Origin: Chlamydiota bacterium
GTDB taxonomy: Bacteria > Chlamydiota > Chlamydiia > Chlamydiales > RGXB01
DNA length: 64,000 nucleotides
NCBI GenBank assembly: GCA_947494155.1
Contig: CANLTW010000001.1
Span: 1 to 64,000, forward strand
Reading direction: 5' to 3'
The position numbers and the translations under genes are program-made. Each line of letters opens with the position of its first letter. Positions within the stretch are counted from its first letter, which is position 1. The notes beneath the pieces were generated by a model that worked only from the letters and a program-made list of their open reading frames with translations, was not told the origin of the DNA and did not search any database. Shown piece after piece: positions 9,637 through 18,683 of this stretch.

Positions 9637-10061
9637 GGGGCCTTTCTTAAAAAATCTATATGCGAGATCATCCAGTTTGTTGCCTCTTCGATGATGTCGC
9701 CTCTAGATTTTCCCCTGATCTCTAGTTTTTTGCAATCCTGATGATCGTTAAAAATAATAGCAACATAGACTAAACCCACATTTTCCCCCTCAGGGCCTGC
9801 AAAACCGGTGACGCTTAGAGAGATATCTGCCTTAAATTGGTGTTTTGCTCCCAGTGCCATCTCTATTGCAACCTCGGGGCTTACAACACCAAAGTCCTCA
9901 ATGGTTTTTTTTCTCACCCCCAACAGCTCGATTTTTGAAGGAACGCTATAGGCAATTACGCCCCCCAAAAAATAGTTTGATGCTCCGGGCACCTCTACCA
10001 GCTTAGACGAGGCGCGCCCTCCTGTCATCGATTCAGCCAAACATACAGTGGGATATCTCAC
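9633..10061 (-). CDS. CinA C-terminal domain / NMN amidohydrolase PncC-like
   Basis: AESMTGG, PGASNYF, VTGFAGP. Confidence 0.88.
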   Translation of the reverse strand: MRYPTVCLAESMTGGRASSKLVEVPGASNYFLGGVIAYSVPSKIELLGVRKKTIEDFGVVSPEVAIEMALGAKHQFKADISLSVTGFAGPEGENVGLVYVAIIFNDHQDCKKLEIRGKSRGDIIEEATNWMISHIDFLRKAP

Positions 10062-10681
10062 TCTAAAACTCCTGAATCAAAAAATTCTTTTAGCTGAGGT
10101 GTGGCTTTCAACCATAAAAGGCTTTTCTCCGAGACCCTTACCTCAATAGGGGCCCCATTCGCTTTTAAAGTAAACGTGTGTTCTTTTGCCCAGCGGCTCA
10201 TCTGTCGAAAGGCTTTAAACTCCTCACGACCTACCGTTTTTCTTGTTATCCGATCTTTCCCCTCATATATTCTAGGGAACTGAAATGTGATCCCTAAAAA
10301 CAGCCGATCTTTTCCAAAAACATGCATCTTCCAGGATTGATCGGACGAGACAATAGCTGTTGTGTGTTTTAAATGGATTGGAGGATGCTCAAAAAAAAGG
10401 ATCCACTTCCCCCCGGCCACAGGGTTAAATTTTACGATGTTCTCCTCTACCACAAATCTCAAATGAAATAGGGGGCCTGGATCGGTATACACCCCCTTTT
10501 TAAGGTTTTCGATATAGTTTGTGTAGGCGCTTAAAAAATCTTTTTTTTCTAACTTAGGCTCATTGAAAGGGGCTGATGCATCCAAGAAAAATCCCTGGGG
10601 AATCAGGGCCAAAAAGGTTTGTAATTCATCCGGATCGATCAATAAAGAGATCTCTTCAAAGAGGGAAAGTTTGAGTTGCAT
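10058..10681 (-). CDS. Hypothetical protein
   Basis: 207-aa ORF tightly packed in the operon between lspA and cinA. Confidence 0.7.
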   Translation of the reverse strand: MQLKLSLFEEISLLIDPDELQTFLALIPQGFFLDASAPFNEPKLEKKDFLSAYTNYIENLKKGVYTDPGPLFHLRFVVEENIVKFNPVAGGKWILFFEHPPIHLKHTTAIVSSDQSWKMHVFGKDRLFLGITFQFPRIYEGKDRITRKTVGREEFKAFRQMSRWAKEHTFTLKANGAPIEVRVSEKSLLWLKATPQLKEFFDSGVLE

Positions 10682-10684
10682 GGG

Positions 10685-11170
10685 TCAAATTTCAACCCTT
10701 TTTTTTGCAAGCAAAAGGGTGATAAGCCCAATAAATATGGAGGTATCTGCCAAGTTAAAGATGCCAAAACTTTTTCCAAAAAATATAAAATGGACCATAT
10801 CGATTACTCGCCCGTAGGAGAAGGTATCGTAAAGGTTTCCAAAAGCCCCTGCAATTACTAGGGAATACGCAATTTTTTTGGTCAGATCTTTGGAGCGAAA
10901 AAAGAGCACTAAGACAACAAACAGGATAATAAACCGCACTATAAGTAACGGCGTTGCATAATTTGCAAAAGAGCCCCAAGCAGCCCCTTGATTATAGACA
11001 AGGTCAATCCAAAGATCTACCTTACCAAAAAAAGAGGCGACAAAAAGAGGAAGTATCTGGGCATGTTCTAAAACAACTTTTTTAATAAAAATATCCAACC
11101 CAAATACAAGGCAAATAAGGGCTAAAGAAAAAAGATTACTCCAGTCGATTATTTTTTTTATCATTTTCAA
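10685..11170 (-). CDS. lspA: Lipoprotein signal peptidase II
   Basis: NQGAAWG, GAFGNLYD, VIDM, FNLAD. Confidence 0.95.
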   Translation of the reverse strand: MKMIKKIIDWSNLFSLALICLVFGLDIFIKKVVLEHAQILPLFVASFFGKVDLWIDLVYNQGAAWGSFANYATPLLIVRFIILFVVLVLFFRSKDLTKKIAYSLVIAGAFGNLYDTFSYGRVIDMVHFIFFGKSFGIFNLADTSIFIGLITLLLAKKRVEI

Positions 11171-11516
11171 TCATAGCCTGAGCTTCAACAGTGTAAACAG
11201 CATAAGGAATGGCGGTTAAACGTGGTTTAGAAATAGGTTTTTGCGTCAAATCACAGATCCCATAGGTCCCCTCCTCGATTTTTTGCAAAGCACGATCGAT
11301 GAGCTTAACCACATCCACCTCTTTGCTGGCGACCTCTAAAAGAACATTTTGCGTGCTTGAGTCCCCCGCCCCCTCGGCTTGGTGCTGCGAGGCCCCTTTA
11401 ACACCCTCAAGCTCCATAGCATCTTCAGAAAAACCTTTGACCTGGCGGGTTAATTGCATTCTCATTTTGATTAAAATTTGCTTATAATCTTCTAGCTCTT
11501 TCTTCGACAGACCCAT
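11136..11516 (-). CDS. dksA: DksA/TraR family transcription factor (one-Cys type)
   Basis: IDRALQKIEEGTYGICD...PRLTAIPYA; nrdR-dksA-lspA chlamydial synteny. Confidence 0.88.
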   Translation of the reverse strand: MGLSKKELEDYKQILIKMRMQLTRQVKGFSEDAMELEGVKGASQHQAEGAGDSSTQNVLLEVASKEVDVVKLIDRALQKIEEGTYGICDLTQKPISKPRLTAIPYAVYTVEAQAMIENDKKNNRLE

Positions 11517-11518
11517 TT

Positions 11519-11977
11519 TTAGTTCTCCTTTACAGCAAATTGAGCGGTGTTGATCACGTTCATCAGCTCATCCATGTCCTTAAACCTGCGGTAAACGCAT
11601 GCAAAACGGATATATGCGACTGTGTCTAAACTTTTCAGTTTAGTCATCACAATCTCTCCGATTTCTGTAGAGTCGATTTCTCGCTGCCTTTCTGCGACCT
11701 GAGAGGCTATCTCGGCAGCAATTGCTAAAACTTGCTCGTGACTAACTTTAGTCCTTCTGCAAGCGGCATCGAGGCCTCTTACAAGCTTTTCCAAAACAAA
11801 ATCCTCGTAGCTACTGTCCCTTTTTCGCACTTGGACAGTAAGATCCACCGATTCAAACGTGGTAAAGCGTTTCAAACAGCCTAAACACTCCCGTCTGCGC
11901 CGGATCGCATTAGTCTCCGGAGCGGTTCTGGAGTCGGTAACTTTGGAATCTAGAAAACTACAGTATGGGCACTTCAT
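11519..11977 (-). CDS. nrdR: Transcriptional repressor NrdR
   Basis: MKCPYC, DSR, RRRRECxxC, RFTTFE, AYIRFACVY. Confidence 0.97.
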   Translation of the reverse strand: MKCPYCSFLDSKVTDSRTAPETNAIRRRRECLGCLKRFTTFESVDLTVQVRKRDSSYEDFVLEKLVRGLDAACRRTKVSHEQVLAIAAEIASQVAERQREIDSTEIGEIVMTKLKSLDTVAYIRFACVYRRFKDMDELMNVINTAQFAVKEN

Positions 11978-12029
11978 GAGATTGATTTTCCCCCTTTTAA
12001 GGGATTCTCATCTTAATGTAAATGAATTT

Positions 12030-12117
12030 CGGAAGAGGAGGGATTCGAACCCTCGATACGCGGTTAACGTATACACGCTTTCCAAGCGTGCTCCTTAAGC
12101 CACTCGGACACTCTTCC
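12030..12117 (-). tRNA. tRNA-Ser(GGA)
   Basis: GGAAGAG acceptor, CACGC-TT-GGA-AA-GCGTG anticodon arm, long variable arm, GGTTCGAATCC; CCA not encoded. Confidence 0.97.
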
Positions 12118-12197
12118 GTGTCTCGAACTAAATCGTTGAACTAAGCTAGAGGATTTTCGTTTTATTGTAAATCTAATTCACGGTAGAATCCTTAAGC

Positions 12198-13199
12198 ATG
12201 AGCCCAGAAGATCAAAATAAATCGGCCCCTCCACACAAAGGTGCACGATTAAAAATTTTTGTTGTAATTCTTTTTATCTGCCTTCTCGCAACAATCCCCC
12301 TTTTATTTATGAAGACCAACCTCAAGGAGGTGGTTGCAACTGAACCACTCATCCTGGTATCCGTCCCCCCCTATAAAAAAATGGTTAAGTCACTGGTGGG
12401 AAACCGCTTCCGAGTCGAATCTGTCGTCCCAAACGGCTTTGATCCGCACCTTTATGAGGCTAAACCCCAAGACATGAAAAAACTAAAAGATGCCGTCTTA
12501 TGGTTTGGCATAGGGGAAGCTTTTGAGTATCAGTTGCTGGAAGCCCTCAAAGGGGCAGGTGTATCGGTGCAATATGTAAACTTGCTCAATGAGATCGAAA
12601 TGAAAGGCTATAAAAACCTACTCATACCTTTTGACGATAATCACCATGACTGCTCCGCCCACGACCACCAAGAACACAACTGCCCTCTTGTCCCCTACGA
12701 TAGGCATATCTGGCTGGGGCTTGAGCTCGACTCGCTACAAGCGCAAATTATTGTGGAGAAACTCACCGAAAACTACCCTTATTTCAAGAGCGTTTTTGAG
12801 GGATTCCTTGAGGAACTGATCCGTGAGCACGATGTGTTGATTCATTGGATAGAGACCAATTTAAAAGACCAAAAGCCTATAACCTTTTTAACATCCCACC
12901 CCGCTTTTTCCTATTTTGCCAAAGAATTTGATGTAACTCAGATCTCTATTGAAGTGGCGGGAAAAGAGCCAAATATTCAGGATCTCAACACACTTTTGAA
13001 AGATCTCAAAACCCAAAATATTGATTGCGTGATTTTGCAACCCCAACATTCTAAGAAGGCGGCTGAATATCTAGCAAAAGACCTTGAGTTGCCTACTTAT
13101 AATATCGACCCCTATAACGAAAATTATCTGGACACATGCAATCGTCTAGGGATGAGCCTCGCCAATAAACGCAAGCCGGTCGCAAATGCTGCAAATTGA
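12198..13199 (+). CDS. Zn/Mn ABC transporter substrate-binding protein (ZnuA/TroA family)
   Basis: DPHLYE, His-rich loop, DRHIWL, SHPAFSYF. Confidence 0.9.
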   Translation: MSPEDQNKSAPPHKGARLKIFVVILFICLLATIPLLFMKTNLKEVVATEPLILVSVPPYKKMVKSLVGNRFRVESVVPNGFDPHLYEAKPQDMKKLKDAVLWFGIGEAFEYQLLEALKGAGVSVQYVNLLNEIEMKGYKNLLIPFDDNHHDCSAHDHQEHNCPLVPYDRHIWLGLELDSLQAQIIVEKLTENYPYFKSVFEGFLEELIREHDVLIHWIETNLKDQKPITFLTSHPAFSYFAKEFDVTQISIEVAGKEPNIQDLNTLLKDLKTQNIDCVILQPQHSKKAAEYLAKDLELPTYNIDPYNENYLDTCNRLGMSLANKRKPVANAAN

Positions 13200-13881
13200 A
13201 CACCTAGACTTTTATTACCCGGGCTCTCAAGCTCTTTTCGAGAATGCCGATTTGTGTATAGAACCCCACACCTTTTCGATCATCATAGGACCGAACGGCG
13301 GGGGGAAAACAACGCTTTTAAACCTCATCATGGGTTTTTTGCAGCCGGTCAAGGGGAAAATCGCGTCCACTTTCCAACAACTAGGATATGTACCTCAGGC
13401 ACACAAGATCGATCTGGAATTTCCCATCCGACTGATCGACCACGTGCGTATTGGCTGCATCCAAAAACTCACCTGGTGGGGCGGATTCGACAAAAAAACC
13501 GAGTTGTTTGTGCAACATCTTTTAGAAACACTCGATCTTTGGTCAATAAAGGATTTGCGCCTGAAAGAACTTAGCGGCGGCCAGCTCCAACGAGCCCAGA
13601 TCGCTCATGCGTTGGCATGCTCCCCCGATTTATTGATTTTGGATGAGCCCACTTCAAACATCGACCCAAAAGCGAAAAAACAGATCTTAGACATCCTCCA
13701 CGAACTCAAAAAAAGTGTTACCATTTTGATGGTGACCCATGATTTAGAGACTCTTCTGCCTCAAACAGACAAGGTTTTTTTAGTAAGCAATGGAATCGAG
13801 GAGGTGGACAAAACCAGCCTTTGTGTGCACACGGCGATGGGCCTCTACGAAAACCGGCTTATCCAACCCAGGAAGGAATAA
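13186..13881 (+). CDS. Metal ABC transporter ATPase
   Basis: GPNGGGKTT, LSGGQLQR, LILDEP, VTHD. Confidence 0.93.
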   Translation: MLQIEHLDFYYPGSQALFENADLCIEPHTFSIIIGPNGGGKTTLLNLIMGFLQPVKGKIASTFQQLGYVPQAHKIDLEFPIRLIDHVRIGCIQKLTWWGGFDKKTELFVQHLLETLDLWSIKDLRLKELSGGQLQRAQIAHALACSPDLLILDEPTSNIDPKAKKQILDILHELKKSVTILMVTHDLETLLPQTDKVFLVSNGIEEVDKTSLCVHTAMGLYENRLIQPRKE

Positions 13882-13883
13882 AA

Positions 13884-14705
13884 GTGTTAGATATTTTTTC
13901 AAACCCTTTTGTGGTTATGGCAGCCATAGCCTCTCTTCTCTCCTCCATAGCCAGCGGAATCATGGGGACCTACGTAGTCATTAAAAGAATTGTATTTATC
14001 GCAGGGAGTATATCGCACGCTCTTCTTGGTGGAATAGGGGTCTGCATCTATCTGTATTCTCTCTACCCCTCCCCTATTTTTTACCCCCTGAATGGCGCCC
14101 TCGTATCAAGTCTTTTAGCTGCCGGCGTAATTGGATGGGTCTATTTAAAACATAAAGATCGGGAAGATACGGCGATCGCCGCAATTTGGACGATTGGGAT
14201 GTCGGTGGGGATTATTTTCGCATCGATCACTCCGGGATATAATGTCGAGCTAATGAACTACCTTTTTGGAAATATCCTGTGGGCCTCGATGCGTGAAATT
14301 AAACTTTTAATTTGCCTTGATATCTTGTTGCTCCTAGCGGTTTTTCGTTATAGGTATCTATTTTTAGCTATCTCTTATAATGAGAAGCAGGCAAGACTCA
14401 ATAAGGTTCCCGTCGACAGGCTTTATCTTATTTTACTGGCACTTGTGGCGATTACTGTGGTGATTTTAATCCAGGCGGTCGGGGCTATTTTGCTCATCGC
14501 TTTTTTATGTCTGCCCGCGGCTGTTGCCGGAAAATGCACAAAAAGTATCCACCACATGATGGCGGCCGGGGTGGGTTTTTGTACCCTTTTTAGCCTCCTA
14601 GGAATCTTGTTATCAGCCACTTGGAATATCCCTTTGGGGGCAACAATAGCCCTGGTGTGTAGTAGTTTTTATTTTATTCTACTCCTTATAAAAAAAGAAC
14701 CGTAA
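13884..14705 (+). CDS. Metal ABC transporter permease
   Basis: SISHALLGG, YLFGNI; likely start is GTG 13884 after GAAGGA (the ORF track starts at 13821). Confidence 0.9.
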   Translation: MLDIFSNPFVVMAAIASLLSSIASGIMGTYVVIKRIVFIAGSISHALLGGIGVCIYLYSLYPSPIFYPLNGALVSSLLAAGVIGWVYLKHKDREDTAIAAIWTIGMSVGIIFASITPGYNVELMNYLFGNILWASMREIKLLICLDILLLLAVFRYRYLFLAISYNEKQARLNKVPVDRLYLILLALVAITVVILIQAVGAILLIAFLCLPAAVAGKCTKSIHHMMAAGVGFCTLFSLLGILLSATWNIPLGATIALVCSSFYFILLLIKKEP

Positions 14706-14767
14706 GCCTCTCATTGACTTGAAGGGTGCTTTTGGTGTATTGTATTCCCATTACTATTGGAGAGTTT

Positions 14768-15082
14768 ATGTACGCAGTGATTAAAACGGGCGGTAAGCAG
14801 TACCGAGTCGCCCAAGGGGATGTCATAGATGTTGAGCTTTTAAAGGCCGACAAGAGTGGCAAAATCCACCTTCACGACGTGCTTCTCCTTAACGAATCCG
14901 GCTCAATCAAGGTAGGTAGCCCTACAGTTGCTGGTGCTAGTGTTGAGGCTGAGCTCGTTGACTACGTAAAAGGGGAAAAAGTCGTCGCTTTTAAATATAA
15001 GCGCCGCAAAAATAACGCTAGAAAAGTGGGCCATCGTCAAAAATATGCCCGCATCAAAATCCTTCAGATCAAAAAAGGGTAA
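14768..15082 (+). CDS. rplU: 50S ribosomal protein L21
   Basis: MYAVIKTGGKQYRV...GHRQ; promoter TTGACT-18-TATTGT at 14714-14743. Confidence 0.98.
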   Translation: MYAVIKTGGKQYRVAQGDVIDVELLKADKSGKIHLHDVLLLNESGSIKVGSPTVAGASVEAELVDYVKGEKVVAFKYKRRKNNARKVGHRQKYARIKILQIKKG

Positions 15083-15085
15083 ACC

Positions 15086-15331
15086 ATGGCACACAAGAAA
15101 GGCCAAGGCTCTTCCAAAAACGGACGCGACTCGCATTCCAAGCGCCTTGGTATAAAAAAATATGGTGGGGAACAAGCCATTGCTGGCAATATCATCGTTC
15201 GCCAAAGAGGAACACGATACCATCCCGGTAAAAACGTAGGGATTGGCACGGATCACACTCTTTTCGCGCTTGTTGATGGCAGAGTTCAGTACGAAACCAA
15301 AACAAAGACGTTCGTACACGTCGTTGCCTAA
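15086..15331 (+). CDS. rpmA: 50S ribosomal protein L27
   Basis: [16 protein letters not shown]. Confidence 0.98.
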   Translation: MAHKKGQGSSKNGRDSHSKRLGIKKYGGEQAIAGNIIVRQRGTRYHPGKNVGIGTDHTLFALVDGRVQYETKTKTFVHVVA

Positions 15332-15342
15332 GAGACAATAAG

Positions 15343-16311
15343 ATGTTTATAGATAAGGTTCGCATCTGCGTAGAAGCGGGAAAAGGTGGTGACGGAGTGA
15401 TCGCCTGGACCCGTGAAAAGTTTCGTCCAAAGGGCGGACCTTGTGGTGGTAACGGGGGCGTGGGGGGCTCCGTTATCATTCAAGCCACTTCCAATCAGTT
15501 CGATCTAGGTCGATACAGAAACCAACAAATTTTCAAAGCTCAATGCGGTGCTAATGGTGCGATCGCCTGCAGACAGGGGGAATCGGCCGACGACATCATT
15601 TTGCTCGTCCCTATGGGGACCATCATCTATGACGCCGAAACCCAAGAAGTTTTAGCAGACCTTGGGGTGCATGGTGAACAATTTGTTGTTTGCAAAGGTG
15701 GAAGAGGCGGTCTAGGAAACAACTTTTTCAAAAACTCCTACAATCCTGCCCCTATGAAATGCACGCCGGGAAAACCGGGCGAGTCAAAAGAGGTGGTGCT
15801 CGAGCTTAAGCTCATCGCAGATGTGGGGTTTGTCGGCTTTCCTAATGCAGGAAAATCGACTTTGTTGAACGCTCTTACCGCGGCTAAAGTAAAAGTGGCC
15901 GATTATCCATTCACTACTTTAGCGCCTAATTTAAGCTATATAGAGTGGGAGAACTTTACTCGTACATTTATCGCCGATATCCCCGGGATTATCGAAGGCG
16001 CTAGCAATGGACGAGGGCTAGGATTCCAATTCTTAAAACACATCGACAGAACAAAAAGCCTTCTTTTTGTATTGGACGCTTCTCAGGAGGCCCCTAAAGC
16101 GCAATACGATATTCTACTCAAAGAGCTTGAAGCCTATAATCCAGAGCTTTTGACAAAGCCAAAAATTGTCGTTTTAAATAAGGTGGACCTTGTAGACGAG
16201 GAAACCATCAGCCTGCTCACTTCTTTATTTCCGACCGATGTGAAGACAGTGGTGATCTCTGCTTTGATGAAAGAAAATTTGGACTCTTTAAAGCAGCTTT
16301 TGTCAGCTTAA
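15343..16311 (+). CDS. obgE: GTPase ObgE
   Basis: Gly-rich Obg fold, GFPNAGKST, DYPFTTL, DIPG, NKVD. Confidence 0.97.
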   Translation: MFIDKVRICVEAGKGGDGVIAWTREKFRPKGGPCGGNGGVGGSVIIQATSNQFDLGRYRNQQIFKAQCGANGAIACRQGESADDIILLVPMGTIIYDAETQEVLADLGVHGEQFVVCKGGRGGLGNNFFKNSYNPAPMKCTPGKPGESKEVVLELKLIADVGFVGFPNAGKSTLLNALTAAKVKVADYPFTTLAPNLSYIEWENFTRTFIADIPGIIEGASNGRGLGFQFLKHIDRTKSLLFVLDASQEAPKAQYDILLKELEAYNPELLTKPKIVVLNKVDLVDEETISLLTSLFPTDVKTVVISALMKENLDSLKQLLSA

Positions 16312-16426
16312 AAAAGTACACCACAGCTCATAAGTTTAAATTTATTATTTCGTTGTTTGTCACTTATTTCTTTATTTAAAACACGATAAACTTATACTTA
16401 TCCACCCGCACACTAGGAGGACCAAA

Positions 16427-17662
16427 ATGATTAGAGCATTCCAAAGTTTTTTTTCCCGTTCGGAAGATGCTGCAGAGATTTTTCCTGTCGAGCTCAAAAT
16501 TCCTCAACACACCCCGCCAAATACCCCAAGAGCTCCTTCAGACCCTGTGGAGGGCTCAATTGTACCTCCGTATGAGCCATTAGAGCACAATGAGGCCCTC
16601 ATACGCCTTTTCAGGCCTATCTTTTCTGTTACAGGTGATGCAAAAGAAAAAGCAAACTCTGCTTTAAAAAAAACTTTTTTTAATGTGCAGAGCTATAAAC
16701 ACCTAACTGTAAAAACAAAAACCTTCTTATTGCATCCTGCCCAATTGGATGATTCCAGCTTAGATGCCTATGCAAGTCCTGCAATACAATTGGTTGGAAA
16801 CGAGTTAAAGCGCAATAAAAAGGGGGATCCTAAATTCTATGTTTTATTAACTCCAAAAAATTCTGAAAACCCTTTTTCTCAATTCAAACCTGAAAATTTG
16901 CAGATTTTCGACCGAGCTTTTAGACTAGGTCTCACCCCTAAAAAGTATCCCCTTATGGAAACCAGCTCTCAACCAGATTCAAAGGAGGGCTTAGGCGAAA
17001 CTAAAAATGCTTTACTATTGCAGTTTGTCAATGGCGGAGATCTACTTAATTTTCTTTACGACCACGTGGAGCTCTCTTTTGAACAGAGGCTAGACCTTGT
17101 CCATCAAGCTCTCCACCTAACCACCCAACTTCACGAAAACCAAGTAGCACACCTGGACTTAAAACCAGAAAATTTTCTCGTTCATGTAAGCGATAGGGAA
17201 TACAGACTTAAACTTACAGATTTTGGATTTTCTAAAACCATCAAAGAGGGTGAGGATACTACTAAAGATAGATGCTACAGCCAAAATTATATGCCTCCGG
17301 AATTTGCCCAAAGCTTCTGGCTTGGAAAGAAATGGCGAATCGATACAAAATTTTTGCCTCTTGATCAAAAACCGCTATCGATTACCAAACTTGACCAATG
17401 GTGCTTAGGTGCCACTCTTTTTTTTATTTTATTTGGCCTTTCGTACGAAAAAGCCCTTGCAGAAAACTATCGGTCACACCCCATGTTTTCATCTTTAGAA
17501 TCTTTTATCGCCTATAAACAAAGTCTTTCTGATCGGATGATTAGCGGTTTCTGCGGCAGCTATGCGCCAAAGGTAGCCCGTTTATTAACAGGCTTGCTTC
17601 AATATGATCCAGAAAAAAGGATTGAGTTAAAGCAAGCCCTTACTATTCTTTTAGAGGACTAA
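16427..17662 (+). CDS. Eukaryotic-like (Hanks) Ser/Thr protein kinase, candidate secreted effector
   Basis: HLDLKPEN, LTDFG, YMPPE, DQWCLG, LLQYDPEKR; Pro-rich N-terminus; RBS AGGAGG. Confidence 0.85.
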   Translation: MIRAFQSFFSRSEDAAEIFPVELKIPQHTPPNTPRAPSDPVEGSIVPPYEPLEHNEALIRLFRPIFSVTGDAKEKANSALKKTFFNVQSYKHLTVKTKTFLLHPAQLDDSSLDAYASPAIQLVGNELKRNKKGDPKFYVLLTPKNSENPFSQFKPENLQIFDRAFRLGLTPKKYPLMETSSQPDSKEGLGETKNALLLQFVNGGDLLNFLYDHVELSFEQRLDLVHQALHLTTQLHENQVAHLDLKPENFLVHVSDREYRLKLTDFGFSKTIKEGEDTTKDRCYSQNYMPPEFAQSFWLGKKWRIDTKFLPLDQKPLSITKLDQWCLGATLFFILFGLSYEKALAENYRSHPMFSSLESFIAYKQSLSDRMISGFCGSYAPKVARLLTGLLQYDPEKRIELKQALTILLED

Positions 17663-17667
17663 GGCTC

Positions 17668-17766
17668 TTAAACCAGCACTGCTCTAGTGCCCCCTTTTTT
17701 TTTAGATTTTTTCGTCTCGCCTCTCTTTTGACTGCTAGTTTTTTTTGATTTATTTTCTTTTTTCAT
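17668..17766 (-). CDS. Unannotated 32-aa highly basic small protein MKKENKSKKTSSQKRGETKKSKKKGGTRAVLV
   Basis: Manual translation; AAGGAGG RBS just upstream of the ATG; shorter than the ORF-track cutoff. Confidence 0.55.
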   Translation of the reverse strand: MKKENKSKKTSSQKRGETKKSKKKGGTRAVLV

Positions 17767-17860
17767 GCTCCCTCCTTTTCATCTCTTAACAGCTAAATAA
17801 ACTTTTTTGGATAATCTTTTACACAACATTATCAGGATATGTCCCCTGGCAGGACGATAG

Positions 17861-18478
17861 TTATAATACCCCTAGAGATGCGAGTCCACGAAAGAAAATT
17901 TCGACAGATAATGACGCCAAAATCAAACCTCCTACTCTAGTAACAATATTTATACCGGTGCTACCTAGTTTCGTCTCGATAGGAGCAGCAAAATAGAGAA
18001 TAATTGCTGCTATAACACCCACACCTATGCCACATAAAGAAAGGATCAAAAGATCGAATACAGAGGAATAAGCTCGCGAAGCAATAATTGCAGCACTGAA
18101 TGCCCCAGGACCCGCCATAAGTGGAATAGCAAGCGGCACAACAGATATATTGGGAGGTTTATAGTGGGACTCATTGAGATTTTGCCGCATTGGGCTTACT
18201 TCAGCATTCAACATAGAAAGTGCAATCAAAAATACAATAATTCCCCCAGCACACTGAAAAGCAGCAATACGGATTCCTAAAAAATCTAATATTGGGCCAC
18301 CTATCAAAGTTACCAAAACTAAAATTACAGCAAGTGATATACCAGACCAAATTCCAATCGAATGTCTTTGCTCCTTAGTTCTGCCCTGAGTTAGGTTCAA
18401 TAAAACAGGAATGGCAATCAAGGGATTACACAAAACGAGCATAGTCACGAAATAATTTATGAAGTACGTAAGTTCCAT
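17861..18478 (-). CDS. MarC family integral membrane protein
   Basis: NPLIAIP, AFQCAGG, VVPLAIPLMAGPGA, TRVGGLIL. Confidence 0.92.
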   Translation of the reverse strand: MELTYFINYFVTMLVLCNPLIAIPVLLNLTQGRTKEQRHSIGIWSGISLAVILVLVTLIGGPILDFLGIRIAAFQCAGGIIVFLIALSMLNAEVSPMRQNLNESHYKPPNISVVPLAIPLMAGPGAFSAAIIASRAYSSVFDLLILSLCGIGVGVIAAIILYFAAPIETKLGSTGINIVTRVGGLILASLSVEIFFRGLASLGVL

Positions 18479-18593
18479 AACCCTCCTTCAATCCCCTTCC
18501 ACATATCCAAGTTTCTAATTGGAAACAAGGGGATAACCGTCCTCCTCAAAAAATATTTAGTAAAATAATGGGGGCGTTACTCTTTTATTGATG

Positions 18594-18658
18594 GTGTGAC
18601 CTCTAAATAAAAAAAGGCACACTTAGTTGATTAAGTGCGCCTCTAAAGATGTGGCTTG
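18594..18658. repeat. 65-bp direct repeat, copy 1 (att-like; displaced tRNA-Phe 3' tip plus terminator)
   Basis: Identical to 20298-20362: gtgtgacctctaaataaaaaaaggcacacttagttgattaagtgcgcctctaaagatgtggcttg. Confidence 0.95.
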
Positions 18659-18683
18659 ATTTGGATTTAAAAACGGATCTTTT

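Noticed and set aside
11859..12098. 79-aa plus-strand ORF
   Set aside because: Overlaps nrdR and tRNA-Ser on the opposite strand; spurious.
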